NCBI RefSeq assembly: GCF_000025925.1
Contig: NC_014033.1
Span: 390,001 to 422,000 of the forward strand
DNA from: Xylanibacter ruminicola 23
GTDB lineage: Bacteria; Bacteroidota; Bacteroidia; Bacteroidales; Bacteroidaceae
Direction: 5' to 3'
Length of the DNA stretch: 32,000 bases
Each line of letters begins with the position of its first letter. Within the stretch, counting starts at the first letter, position 1. A program made the position numbers and the translations under genes. This document shows positions 23,453 to 30,453 of this stretch, in pieces. The notes beneath the pieces were generated by a model. It made no database searches, was not told the origin of the DNA, and saw only the letters and a program-made list of their open reading frames with translations.

Positions 23453-26086
23453 TTAGTCAAGTTTAATGTTCTCACATCCGGGGAAGAGGTTGAGGAAAGC
23501 CTGAGCATTAACAGGCCTTTCGTTTACGAATTGATAAAGGCCTTCAGCTATCGCCTCCTTCATTAGATCAGTACACTCAAGCATATCAAACATTATGTAT
23601 TTATCAGCATCCACGGTAATAGGTTTTGGAAGTTTTCCAGATAACATAGTGAATAATGTCGCAGCCACACTGTAGATGTCTGACTGGGGGCAGAAGTGCT
23701 TCATCGTACCTCTGGTGTTTTCTGGAGCCGAGAATCTGTCGTAGGAGTGTATATCTCCTCTTATTTCTGTGATATCCCCATTATCGTCATATTGCTGTGA
23801 TACTCCAAAGTCGATGAGCACAGCCTCGCCATTCTCGTCTATAACAATATTGTCTGGTTTGATGTCTAGATGTAGAATCCTGTGACTGTGCATAGCATGG
23901 AGAGCTTTACACAATGGGATGACGATCTTGTCTATAATCAGTTTCTCAGATGATGGAACTTGATCGTTGATTATCATGTCTTTGAGCGACTCTCCTGCAT
24001 AGAATTTCATTACGTAATATGTAGTGCCAGTAGCTTCATATTCAAATAATGACTTAACTTCTGTTACATGATTGTCAGCTATGTCGGCCATGCTAAGAAG
24101 GAATACAGGTTCACTACGGAACATTTTTCGCAGCGATTCAAACTCTGCCTCAAGTGTTTCATCGTACATTACTCTGCATGTCTTCTCGTTTTCTCGATAA
24201 CATGTGAGATCCCCAATTCCTCTTGGATAGAACTCCTTAATAGCAACGATTTCCTTCGAACCATTACTGCAATTAAGCATCTCTGCGCGATAGGTATAGC
24301 CAAATGCACCGCAAGAGATATAGTTTAAGATGGTGTATCTCTTGTTGTCATCTGTTAATTCGAATCCAGGAGGCAGGGCATCAGCTCCTTCTTCTTGTAT
24401 TTGTGCAGGTGCTTCAGCATTCTCTACGTCTGGCAGATCAAAATCTTCTACCTCTATATATAATATAAGGTTTAGGTAATCTTCTTCTGTCAATGGTTCT
24501 GGCACCATTTCATTTTGGCCATAGGGATGAAGTTGACGCCTTACATACGATTGGCTTAACTCGTCTGCAAGCCATTGTGGGTTTTCAAATCCATTAAGTG
24601 CAAATGCATAACCATCTTCAAAGAATGCTGATCCTATATCCGCATTGAAAAGTCTGGGCTCAGCAGGTCCTGAAGCATTAACTATTAAGCAGTCTTCGTC
24701 TAGGTAATAAGCCGGATTGAATAAGTTCTTGATAGGTCTTCTTTCAATATTCTCATCCCATCGATTACCATAATAGGTCTCGTTCCGGTTTATATAGGCC
24801 AGAATATGCTCATCTTCATCTATATTGTCAAGGTTATAAACCGCACGTGGTATCTTTGAGACAATATCACCTAACCTAACTTTTCCAAATCCTTTGCGAT
24901 CAGGCAGTTCTGATACGATAAGAGATTTGAGATACCCCTTTTTCTTGGCATTGCTAACCTTGATATATTCTGAGAACATATCATCCTCGATGAGTTCCTG
25001 CATAGATGTATGCTGGGCCAGTGGGTTCGTGCCATCTATAAACCGAATGAGTCCTTTAAAAACAGTGGTTTTCTGGGCATTTATCAATACGGCTACTTCT
25101 CCGAAGGGAAGCAAGGCGATGGTTTCAATCCAGTCGCGCTTCAGGGCTTCCTTAAAGTTTGCCGTCTCTTTCTCGAAGATCTCCTTCGGTAATACCATAC
25201 CTGCATAGCGACCTTTGAAGTCTGGATCATTCAAACATTTGCCTAGGCAAAAATCGAAGGCTGACTCGCCATTGATGAATCCGGTATATGTGGTGATAAC
25301 ATAGTCAATCTGCTTGCCGTTGAGCCATTGAGTAGAATCGCGCTGCAGGAAGTGCTCGTTTGATACCCCCATGCCGTAGTTCAGCAATAGTCCACCTGCA
25401 TAAATCTTGTCATTGGTATCACCATCACCAAAGTAATTGGTTTTTGATTGCAACATCGCACCTGCGATAGGACAACCGGCAAACGGGTTGTACACCAGTC
25501 CTTTGCCATCATATTGTAATAGCGCTTTCAGGGCATGGGCCACTCTCAAACGTGGACGCTTAGGTTGTATACCGGATTTATTCCAAATATGATTGAAGAT
25601 GTTCAGATACCTATCTTTTATATACGAAACTGGTGTGTTAAGCAGGGCTTCGGCTAGAACGAATGTTGCATACTGGCGCTGTGCTTTCTCGCTGGCTTCG
25701 TTGCTCGAATGATGCACCAGACGTCCTATCCTGTGATGATATTCGCGAACCACGTCTCGTTCATCGTTGTTCTTCAGAGTCGTATAAATCTGAAGCAGGC
25801 TGCGGCCAATCTCCATTTCCACTGCAATAGATGTTATTCCATCCTTAATCCATTTATTGACTCTTCGCTTCAGAGTCGCATCAAGATCCACCCACTCATA
25901 GTCGATAATTTCTTTGGGGTTGAGCACACATGCTGCAGTCTCAGGTTTGCTGTTTCCTGTAGCAATTCTTAGTTTTCCATTTGCAGCCAATGCCACCATC
26001 ATCAGCGGCATAAGCGTGTCTGGATTGTAGTGGTAGTAGTTTTCCACTGCATCAAAAAGTCTACTGGAGAATTCCTTTTTTGCCAT
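23453..26086 (-). CDS. Fusion protein: N-terminal N6-methyltransferase-like (apparently degenerate) region + C-terminal Ser/Thr protein kinase
   Basis: Kinase motifs: Gly loop CGAFGYTY, VAIKEF, catalytic loop HRILHLDIKPDNIV, LIDFGVS, FSAPE. The N-terminal ~400 aa contain LVYNPFAGCPIAGA (compare MTase motif I vyDPaCGsG) and WIETIALLPFGEVAV, but no clear NPPY/F motif. Confidence 0.7.
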   Translation of the reverse strand: MAKKEFSSRLFDAVENYYHYNPDTLMPLMMVALAANGKLRIATGNSKPETAACVLNPKEIIDYEWVDLDATLKRRVNKWIKDGITSIAVEMEIGRSLLQIYTTLKNNDERDVVREYHHRIGRLVHHSSNEASEKAQRQYATFVLAEALLNTPVSYIKDRYLNIFNHIWNKSGIQPKRPRLRVAHALKALLQYDGKGLVYNPFAGCPIAGAMLQSKTNYFGDGDTNDKIYAGGLLLNYGMGVSNEHFLQRDSTQWLNGKQIDYVITTYTGFINGESAFDFCLGKCLNDPDFKGRYAGMVLPKEIFEKETANFKEALKRDWIETIALLPFGEVAVLINAQKTTVFKGLIRFIDGTNPLAQHTSMQELIEDDMFSEYIKVSNAKKKGYLKSLIVSELPDRKGFGKVRLGDIVSKIPRAVYNLDNIDEDEHILAYINRNETYYGNRWDENIERRPIKNLFNPAYYLDEDCLIVNASGPAEPRLFNADIGSAFFEDGYAFALNGFENPQWLADELSQSYVRRQLHPYGQNEMVPEPLTEEDYLNLILYIEVEDFDLPDVENAEAPAQIQEEGADALPPGFELTDDNKRYTILNYISCGAFGYTYRAEMLNCSNGSKEIVAIKEFYPRGIGDLTCYRENEKTCRVMYDETLEAEFESLRKMFRSEPVFLLSMADIADNHVTEVKSLFEYEATGTTYYVMKFYAGESLKDMIINDQVPSSEKLIIDKIVIPLCKALHAMHSHRILHLDIKPDNIVIDENGEAVLIDFGVSQQYDDNGDITEIRGDIHSYDRFSAPENTRGTMKHFCPQSDIYSVAATLFTMLSGKLPKPITVDADKYIMFDMLECTDLMKEAIAEGLYQFVNERPVNAQAFLNLFPGCENIKLD

Positions 26087-26128
26087 AGGTCTTAGATATT
26101 AATGTAGAGTATAATACTTATTTTCCTG

Positions 26129-26136
26129 CAAATATA
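26129..26136 (-). promoter_or_regulatory. Canonical -7 box (TATATTTG on minus strand) for the kinase-HAD operon
   Basis: The complement of caaatata matches TAnnTTTG, about 43 nt upstream of the ATG at 26086. Confidence 0.45.
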
Positions 26137-26186
26137 TGCAATTCCTGTCTTTTTCCAAAGGAAAATCAAAAAAAGTTGCTATAATG

Positions 26187-26224
26187 TGTTAGATATTTCC
26201 TTTTTCGTGTACTATTATTATATA
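26187..26224 (+). promoter_or_regulatory. Island promoter-like motif m4
   Basis: tgttagatatttcctttttcgtgtactattattatata, 67 nt upstream of the ATG at 26254. It is preceded by CAAAAAAAGTTGCT, which is also present upstream of m5. Confidence 0.6.
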
Positions 26225-26253
26225 CGAATTATTTATCTAAACCCGTTTTATAT

Positions 26254-26802
26254 ATGGCAAATCTATTAGCAATCAGCATTCCTGTTAAGCGCGATCCTTC
26301 CTGGTCCGACTGGGCCAAGCGCACTCGTGCTAGTATCAAGGCTGCAGGTGTTCCTGTCAGCAGGTGGCAATTGTTGTTTTACCACATGACTATCCTATTC
26401 ATCGACGAAGACGCCTGTGTCGCCGACCTCACACCCGGCTTCGCTCAGGTCTTGAAATCATGTCCTGCCATACCGTTTATTGTCAATAAACTCGATGCCT
26501 TCACCACCACTAATGGTGCCGAACACATCATCTGTCTGTTGTCTACTCAGGTGCCACAGCAGATCCACAACCTTGCCAGCGACTCAAGGACGATGGCCGA
26601 CGGCCTCAATGCCAAATACGATCATCGTCCATTCATCCCCCATATCACCTTTGGACATGTGCCAGCCGACAAAATCTCGCTCCAGGAGTTGCGCACCATT
26701 CTTGAGGCTCTGCCACAGCCCTCATTCCATTGCCTTCTCAACGAGGCCGAACATCGCTATCGCCGCGGCAACGGCACCATCAAGAAATGGCGCCTCCGCT
26801 GA
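26254..26802 (+). CDS. 2H phosphoesterase superfamily protein (LigT/cyclic phosphodiesterase-like)
   Basis: Two HxT motifs at the expected spacing (YHMTILF and PHITFGH). 182 aa, the typical size for LigT-like proteins. Confidence 0.65.
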   Translation: MANLLAISIPVKRDPSWSDWAKRTRASIKAAGVPVSRWQLLFYHMTILFIDEDACVADLTPGFAQVLKSCPAIPFIVNKLDAFTTTNGAEHIICLLSTQVPQQIHNLASDSRTMADGLNAKYDHRPFIPHITFGHVPADKISLQELRTILEALPQPSFHCLLNEAEHRYRRGNGTIKKWRLR

Positions 26803-26816
26803 TAGTGCACTTTTTC

Positions 26817-26842
26817 CTCTCAAATACTTGCAAGTTTGAGAG
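26817..26842 (+). terminator. Terminator-like hairpin after the 2H phosphoesterase gene
   Basis: ctctcaaa-tacttgcaag-tttgagag, an 8-bp perfect stem 15 nt after the stop codon. No strong T-tract follows. Confidence 0.45.
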
Positions 26843-26850
26843 AAAATGTT

Positions 26851-26858
26851 TATCTTTG
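26851..26858 (+). promoter_or_regulatory. Canonical -7 box (TATCTTTG) for the PARG-NADAR-sigma-409aa operon
   Basis: Matches TAnnTTTG, 34 nt upstream of the ATG at 26892. Confidence 0.5.
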
Positions 26859-26891
26859 CAATATCAATAATAACTAAAAACAATTGTAATT

Positions 26892-27698
26892 ATGAATAAG
26901 TCGGATTATAGAAAGATTAACCGTGAAGTGATGACCGACACTAAACTCCAGTATGAAACAATACCAGAGTTGAAGGAGGCCGTGGAGAACTCGATTGAGC
27001 GACAGTATATGGTATCCCAAGAGGATAACATTGACCAACCAGTAGTCGACAGCAGCCATACCAAGTATCTCTGCTCTGGCAAGAGAAGCTTTGAGGCAGC
27101 TAAGGATTACAAGGGCAAGAAGGTTGCTGTGCTGAATTTCGCTAACAACCACACGATTGGAGGTGCACCATTCTCTGCAGGTGCCCAAGAGGAGTCGCTC
27201 TGCAGATGCTCTACATTGCTACCTTGCCTTGAAGCCATGAGCGAACCCTTCTACCAGAAGCATATTCGCCAATTCGAGTCAGGAGAGATTAACTATATGG
27301 GTAATGATGACTTGATCTACACCCCTGATGTGGTGGTCTTTAAAACAGATGAGCGCACTGACCCTATCTATCCTAAGATGATGGATCGAAGCGAATGGTA
27401 TAAGGTGGATGTAATTACAAGTGCAGCTCCGCAGTTGAGGAGAGTTCGCACACTCCCCGTCAACTACAATGACGTAATCTTTGGCCGCATTAAGAAGATA
27501 TTGGATGTGGCTGCCAAAGAGCATGTCGAAGTGCTGATTCTGGGAGCATGGGGCTGTGGAGCCTTCAAGAATGATGCAAAAGTAGTATCGGATACATTCT
27601 ATACATTACTGAAGAATTACAACTTCGAGGTAGTAGAATTTGCACTGTCTGACCCTGCCTACGTCACCAATTCCCCATTTAATAAGTGTAATAGTTAA
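26892..27698 (+). CDS. Bacterial-type poly(ADP-ribose) glycohydrolase-like macrodomain protein (TIGR02452/DUF2263 family)
   Basis: Family signature VAVLNFANNHTIGGAPFSAGAQEESLCRCSTL (GG-X-QEE PARG loop). C-terminal ...VLILGAWGCGAFKND. Confidence 0.8.
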   Translation: MNKSDYRKINREVMTDTKLQYETIPELKEAVENSIERQYMVSQEDNIDQPVVDSSHTKYLCSGKRSFEAAKDYKGKKVAVLNFANNHTIGGAPFSAGAQEESLCRCSTLLPCLEAMSEPFYQKHIRQFESGEINYMGNDDLIYTPDVVVFKTDERTDPIYPKMMDRSEWYKVDVITSAAPQLRRVRTLPVNYNDVIFGRIKKILDVAAKEHVEVLILGAWGCGAFKNDAKVVSDTFYTLLKNYNFEVVEFALSDPAYVTNSPFNKCNS

Positions 27699-27712
27699 TC
27701 CAAATTTCTAGT

Positions 27713-28213
27713 ATGAGAGTTACAGATAAACATATTTGTTTCTGGAATGAATGGCCCAGCAATTGGCATCCAGCCGAGTTTGATGTTGAAGTTAATGGTG
27801 TGAAATGTCATTTCTACAACACCGAACAGTACTTTATGTATATGAAGGCCATCGTGTTTGGCGATGAAGAAATTGCCAAACAGATATTGGAGGTAAGCGA
27901 CCCCAAGAAGGTAAAAGCACTTGGACGTAAGGTACAGAATTATGATGAGGCTGTATGGAACGAAAAGCGCTACCAGGTCATGCTTAAAGCCAACGTAGCA
28001 AAGTTCAGCCAGAACGAAGATCTAAAGCAATTGCTTCTCTCTCCAGAGTACGAAGGACATGGATTCGTAGAGGCCTCGCCTTATGATAAAGTCTGGGGTG
28101 TGCGAATGTTTGAGAGTAATCCCGACATTGATGACGAAACCAAATGGAAGGGACTCAACCTCCTGGGTAAAGTCCTCGACGAAACCCGCCGAATTGTAAG
28201 CCTATTAAAATAG
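27713..28213 (+). CDS. NADAR (DUF1768/YbiA-like) family protein
   Basis: FWNEWPSNWHPAEF...YNTEQYFMYMKA...ALGRKVQNYDEAVWNEKRYQVMLKANVAKFSQNEDLKQLLL...FVEASPYDKVWGV matches the NADAR family pattern. Confidence 0.85.
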   Translation: MRVTDKHICFWNEWPSNWHPAEFDVEVNGVKCHFYNTEQYFMYMKAIVFGDEEIAKQILEVSDPKKVKALGRKVQNYDEAVWNEKRYQVMLKANVAKFSQNEDLKQLLLSPEYEGHGFVEASPYDKVWGVRMFESNPDIDDETKWKGLNLLGKVLDETRRIVSLLK

Positions 28214-28220
28214 TATTAAG

Positions 28221-28937
28221 ATGTTTAAATCTGTTTCAAAGAATTATACCCCTGATTTCCTAGAGAGTTTCATGGCTAGGATTAGGGGAGTTAAAGCCCT
28301 TGACGAAGAACAAGAGGTTTATTTGGCTCAAAGGATCAAAGCTGGCGATACTAAGGCCGAAGAGCAAATGATTAAATCAAATCTGAAATTGGTTGTTTCA
28401 ATTGCCAACTCCTACCGCCCGATGATGTCTATGGAAGACTTGATTCAGAACGGCAATATCGGATTAATCAAGGCTGTTCGCGAATTTAATCCGGAACTCG
28501 GCTATCGTTTTGTCTTCTATGCCTCCATGATGATACGCAAATATATCATCATGGGCATTAGAAATGACTCCGGAATTGTCCATAGCTCTGATTATGAACA
28601 GGCTTTTATTTCGTCGGAATCTTTGGACGTGCCGGGTTCTGGCGGCTATAAAGATACATCCAAGGCCGATATGTTAGTAGGAGATATGGATGTGGAGTCT
28701 GATCTCGATAGTCTGTCCGCCGATTTGAAAAGAGCAATGTGCTCAGTTTTATCCCCCTGTGCGGTTGATATCGTGTGTAAGGTGATGGGCCTAGGTTGTA
28801 CTCCGATGTATACAGAAAGTATTGGAAAGGAACTGAACATGCCAAAGTCGCGTGTTCGTAAGATTTATCAAGAATCAATTGGAATTCTTCAGAACAATGA
28901 AAGAGTGAAAAAATTGCTTTCCTGCTATCAGCGTTAA
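28221..28937 (+). CDS. Sigma-70 family RNA polymerase sigma factor-like protein (238 aa)
   Basis: LDEEQEVYLAQRIKAGDTKAEEQMIKSNLKLVVSIANSYR...LIQNGNIGLIKAVREFNPELGYRFVFYASMMIRKYIIMGI (regions 1.2-2). C-terminal HTH-like IGKELNMPKSRVRKIYQESI. Same architecture as ORF 10710-11441, but the sequence is divergent. Confidence 0.7.
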   Translation: MFKSVSKNYTPDFLESFMARIRGVKALDEEQEVYLAQRIKAGDTKAEEQMIKSNLKLVVSIANSYRPMMSMEDLIQNGNIGLIKAVREFNPELGYRFVFYASMMIRKYIIMGIRNDSGIVHSSDYEQAFISSESLDVPGSGGYKDTSKADMLVGDMDVESDLDSLSADLKRAMCSVLSPCAVDIVCKVMGLGCTPMYTESIGKELNMPKSRVRKIYQESIGILQNNERVKKLLSCYQR

Positions 28938-28975
28938 GCTACTAACAAAGTGTAACAATCTAATAAGAGTATATT

Positions 28976-30205
28976 ATGAGAAAACTGTGTTTTGATGAAG
29001 ATAAGTTGAATGAGTATTATTCTAACCATTTTGTTAGTGATCTGGAAGACTATTTTAGTATTCCCAATGATACGAATGAGATCAAGTATGTGGGTAAACC
29101 CCATTGGCCTTCCAGGATATTCTATCATTCCTCTGCCGAAGACCAGATGATGTTCATCGCCCTGACATCATATATGTTGGCAGCTGAGGAAGTCCTCATG
29201 CGCATAATCCCCAGTTCCCCGAACTATGAATTCTATGAGTGCCTGAATTTGTTTGGATATCCGATTGCGCCTATCGCAAAAGCCCGATACGGCCTTGAGA
29301 GTATGCTCGAACATTGTGAAATCAGTCAGAAATTCTGGTGCTTCGATGAGGTTGCTGCTTTGAGAGATGCTATGAAGGTTGTAGAACCCTTTATGAACGA
29401 AAGGTTCCAGCACCATATGAAGACATGGAACAACGGCTACTTCGCTGAGTATATAACCGATGACATCCCGGCCAAGATTCATCGTGTTATTACCGAAGGT
29501 CTTCAAATGCTCTATAGCAAACATTATACTTATCAGGGACTGACAGGAACAGTTCTGACTCACCGCGACTTTGCTGACTACTTCCCAAACCGCTTTTTTG
29601 AGCAGTTTAGGAAGTACTTTAGCTGTGCCACTGATAATGGCAACCATCTCGAGGTGCTGTATGTGTATGATCATGGTAATGAGCGGTGGGCTGATGAGAT
29701 GCCTGGGCAGACAGCGAAGGAAAACCTGCTCTTCGCCAGCATCATGCTCTATCAGGTGATTGCTGAGCAGAGTATTCTCGACGTCGCCCCTAAGGCTAGT
29801 AACGATTTCCACAAAGCATTCGGATGGCCTATGATCAGTTCCGGTCCAGGTGGTGGTCCTTATCTCCACCCATTGAAGATGCTGGAGTATGCCGGTCTGT
29901 CGCCCATGAAATATGAGGCACCTTTGCTCCTTGAGTATGTCAAGAAGGTGTTCTACTATCTTCGTCAGGAGATGAATACCATCCTCAATCGCAGAGATTC
30001 TGTCATCAAGGACAAGGAAGCTGCCAGTCGTTTCTTTGAACAGTGTGATGGTCATGCGAGGTCCAGAATCCGTAAATACTTAGACCGCCAGGAGAAGAGT
30101 ATTCAGGAGTTACTTGTCAAATGGACCACTTCGCCCGAAGACTGCTGGTACAAGATGCTTGAGAGCGAAGGCATACCCCTTATGATGCCTATAAAGGATT
30201 CATAA
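28976..30205 (+). CDS. Hypothetical protein (409 aa) with an internal two-fold duplication
   Basis: AEDQMMFIALTSYMLAAEEVLMRIIPSSPNYEFYECLNLFGYPI... parallels AKENLLFASIMLYQVIAEQSILDVAPKASNDFHKAFGWPMI.... It lies 38 nt downstream of the sigma-like gene. No family recognised. Confidence 0.6.
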   Translation: MRKLCFDEDKLNEYYSNHFVSDLEDYFSIPNDTNEIKYVGKPHWPSRIFYHSSAEDQMMFIALTSYMLAAEEVLMRIIPSSPNYEFYECLNLFGYPIAPIAKARYGLESMLEHCEISQKFWCFDEVAALRDAMKVVEPFMNERFQHHMKTWNNGYFAEYITDDIPAKIHRVITEGLQMLYSKHYTYQGLTGTVLTHRDFADYFPNRFFEQFRKYFSCATDNGNHLEVLYVYDHGNERWADEMPGQTAKENLLFASIMLYQVIAEQSILDVAPKASNDFHKAFGWPMISSGPGGGPYLHPLKMLEYAGLSPMKYEAPLLLEYVKKVFYYLRQEMNTILNRRDSVIKDKEAASRFFEQCDGHARSRIRKYLDRQEKSIQELLVKWTTSPEDCWYKMLESEGIPLMMPIKDS

Positions 30206-30237
30206 TCAGATTTCTACAGCATGAGGTGTAATACCCC

Positions 30238-30302
30238 CTTCCTGTACATGTGAATTAATGAATGTAGAATAATTCCCCTCAAATCCATGGTGGTTTGAGG
30301 GG
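30238..30302 (+). repeat. Repeat family A copy 4 (core plus 9-bp-stem hairpin 30275-30302 that may terminate the preceding operon)
   Basis: cttcctgtacatgtgaattaatgaatgtagaataatt, then cccctcaaa-tccatggtgg-tttgagggg, followed by aaatttctgtttt. Confidence 0.8.
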
Positions 30303-30359
30303 AAATTTCTGTTTTGTACATGCTCTCCAATAAAAAACTCAAAAAAAGTTGCTCATATA

Positions 30360-30397
30360 TGTTAGATATTCCATTTCTCGTGTGCTATATATATGAA
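30360..30397 (+). promoter_or_regulatory. Island promoter-like motif m5
   Basis: tgttagatattccatttctcgtgtgctatatatatgaa, 94 nt upstream of the ATG at 30454. It is preceded by CAAAAAAAGTTGCT, as in m4. Confidence 0.6.
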
Positions 30398-30453
30398 CGC
30401 CGGTTCAAACAGCGATTTTAAATTCACATTATTAATATATAAATTTAGATTAT

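Noticed and set aside
26090-26127. TCTTAGATATTAATGTAGAGTATAATAC, a partial match to the island promoter motif about 97 nt upstream of m4
   Set aside because: It has TATA instead of GTGT at the invariant +20 position and lacks the ACTA/TATAGA part. It also overlaps the kinase 5' UTR region. It was not counted as an eighth copy.
26143-26167. Small palindrome ttttcc-aaa-ggaaaa between the divergent kinase and 2H genes, considered as a possible operator or inverton arm
   Set aside because: It has only a 6-bp stem and no partner inverted repeat flanking a promoter, so there is not enough evidence for an invertible element or operator.
29168-30055. 295-aa minus-strand ORF
   Set aside because: It is antisense to the longer 409-aa plus-strand ORF, which sits in an operon with short spacers. 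There are no promoter-like elements for the antisense frame, so it is probably a shadow ORF. I cannot fully exclude it without conservation or codon analysis.
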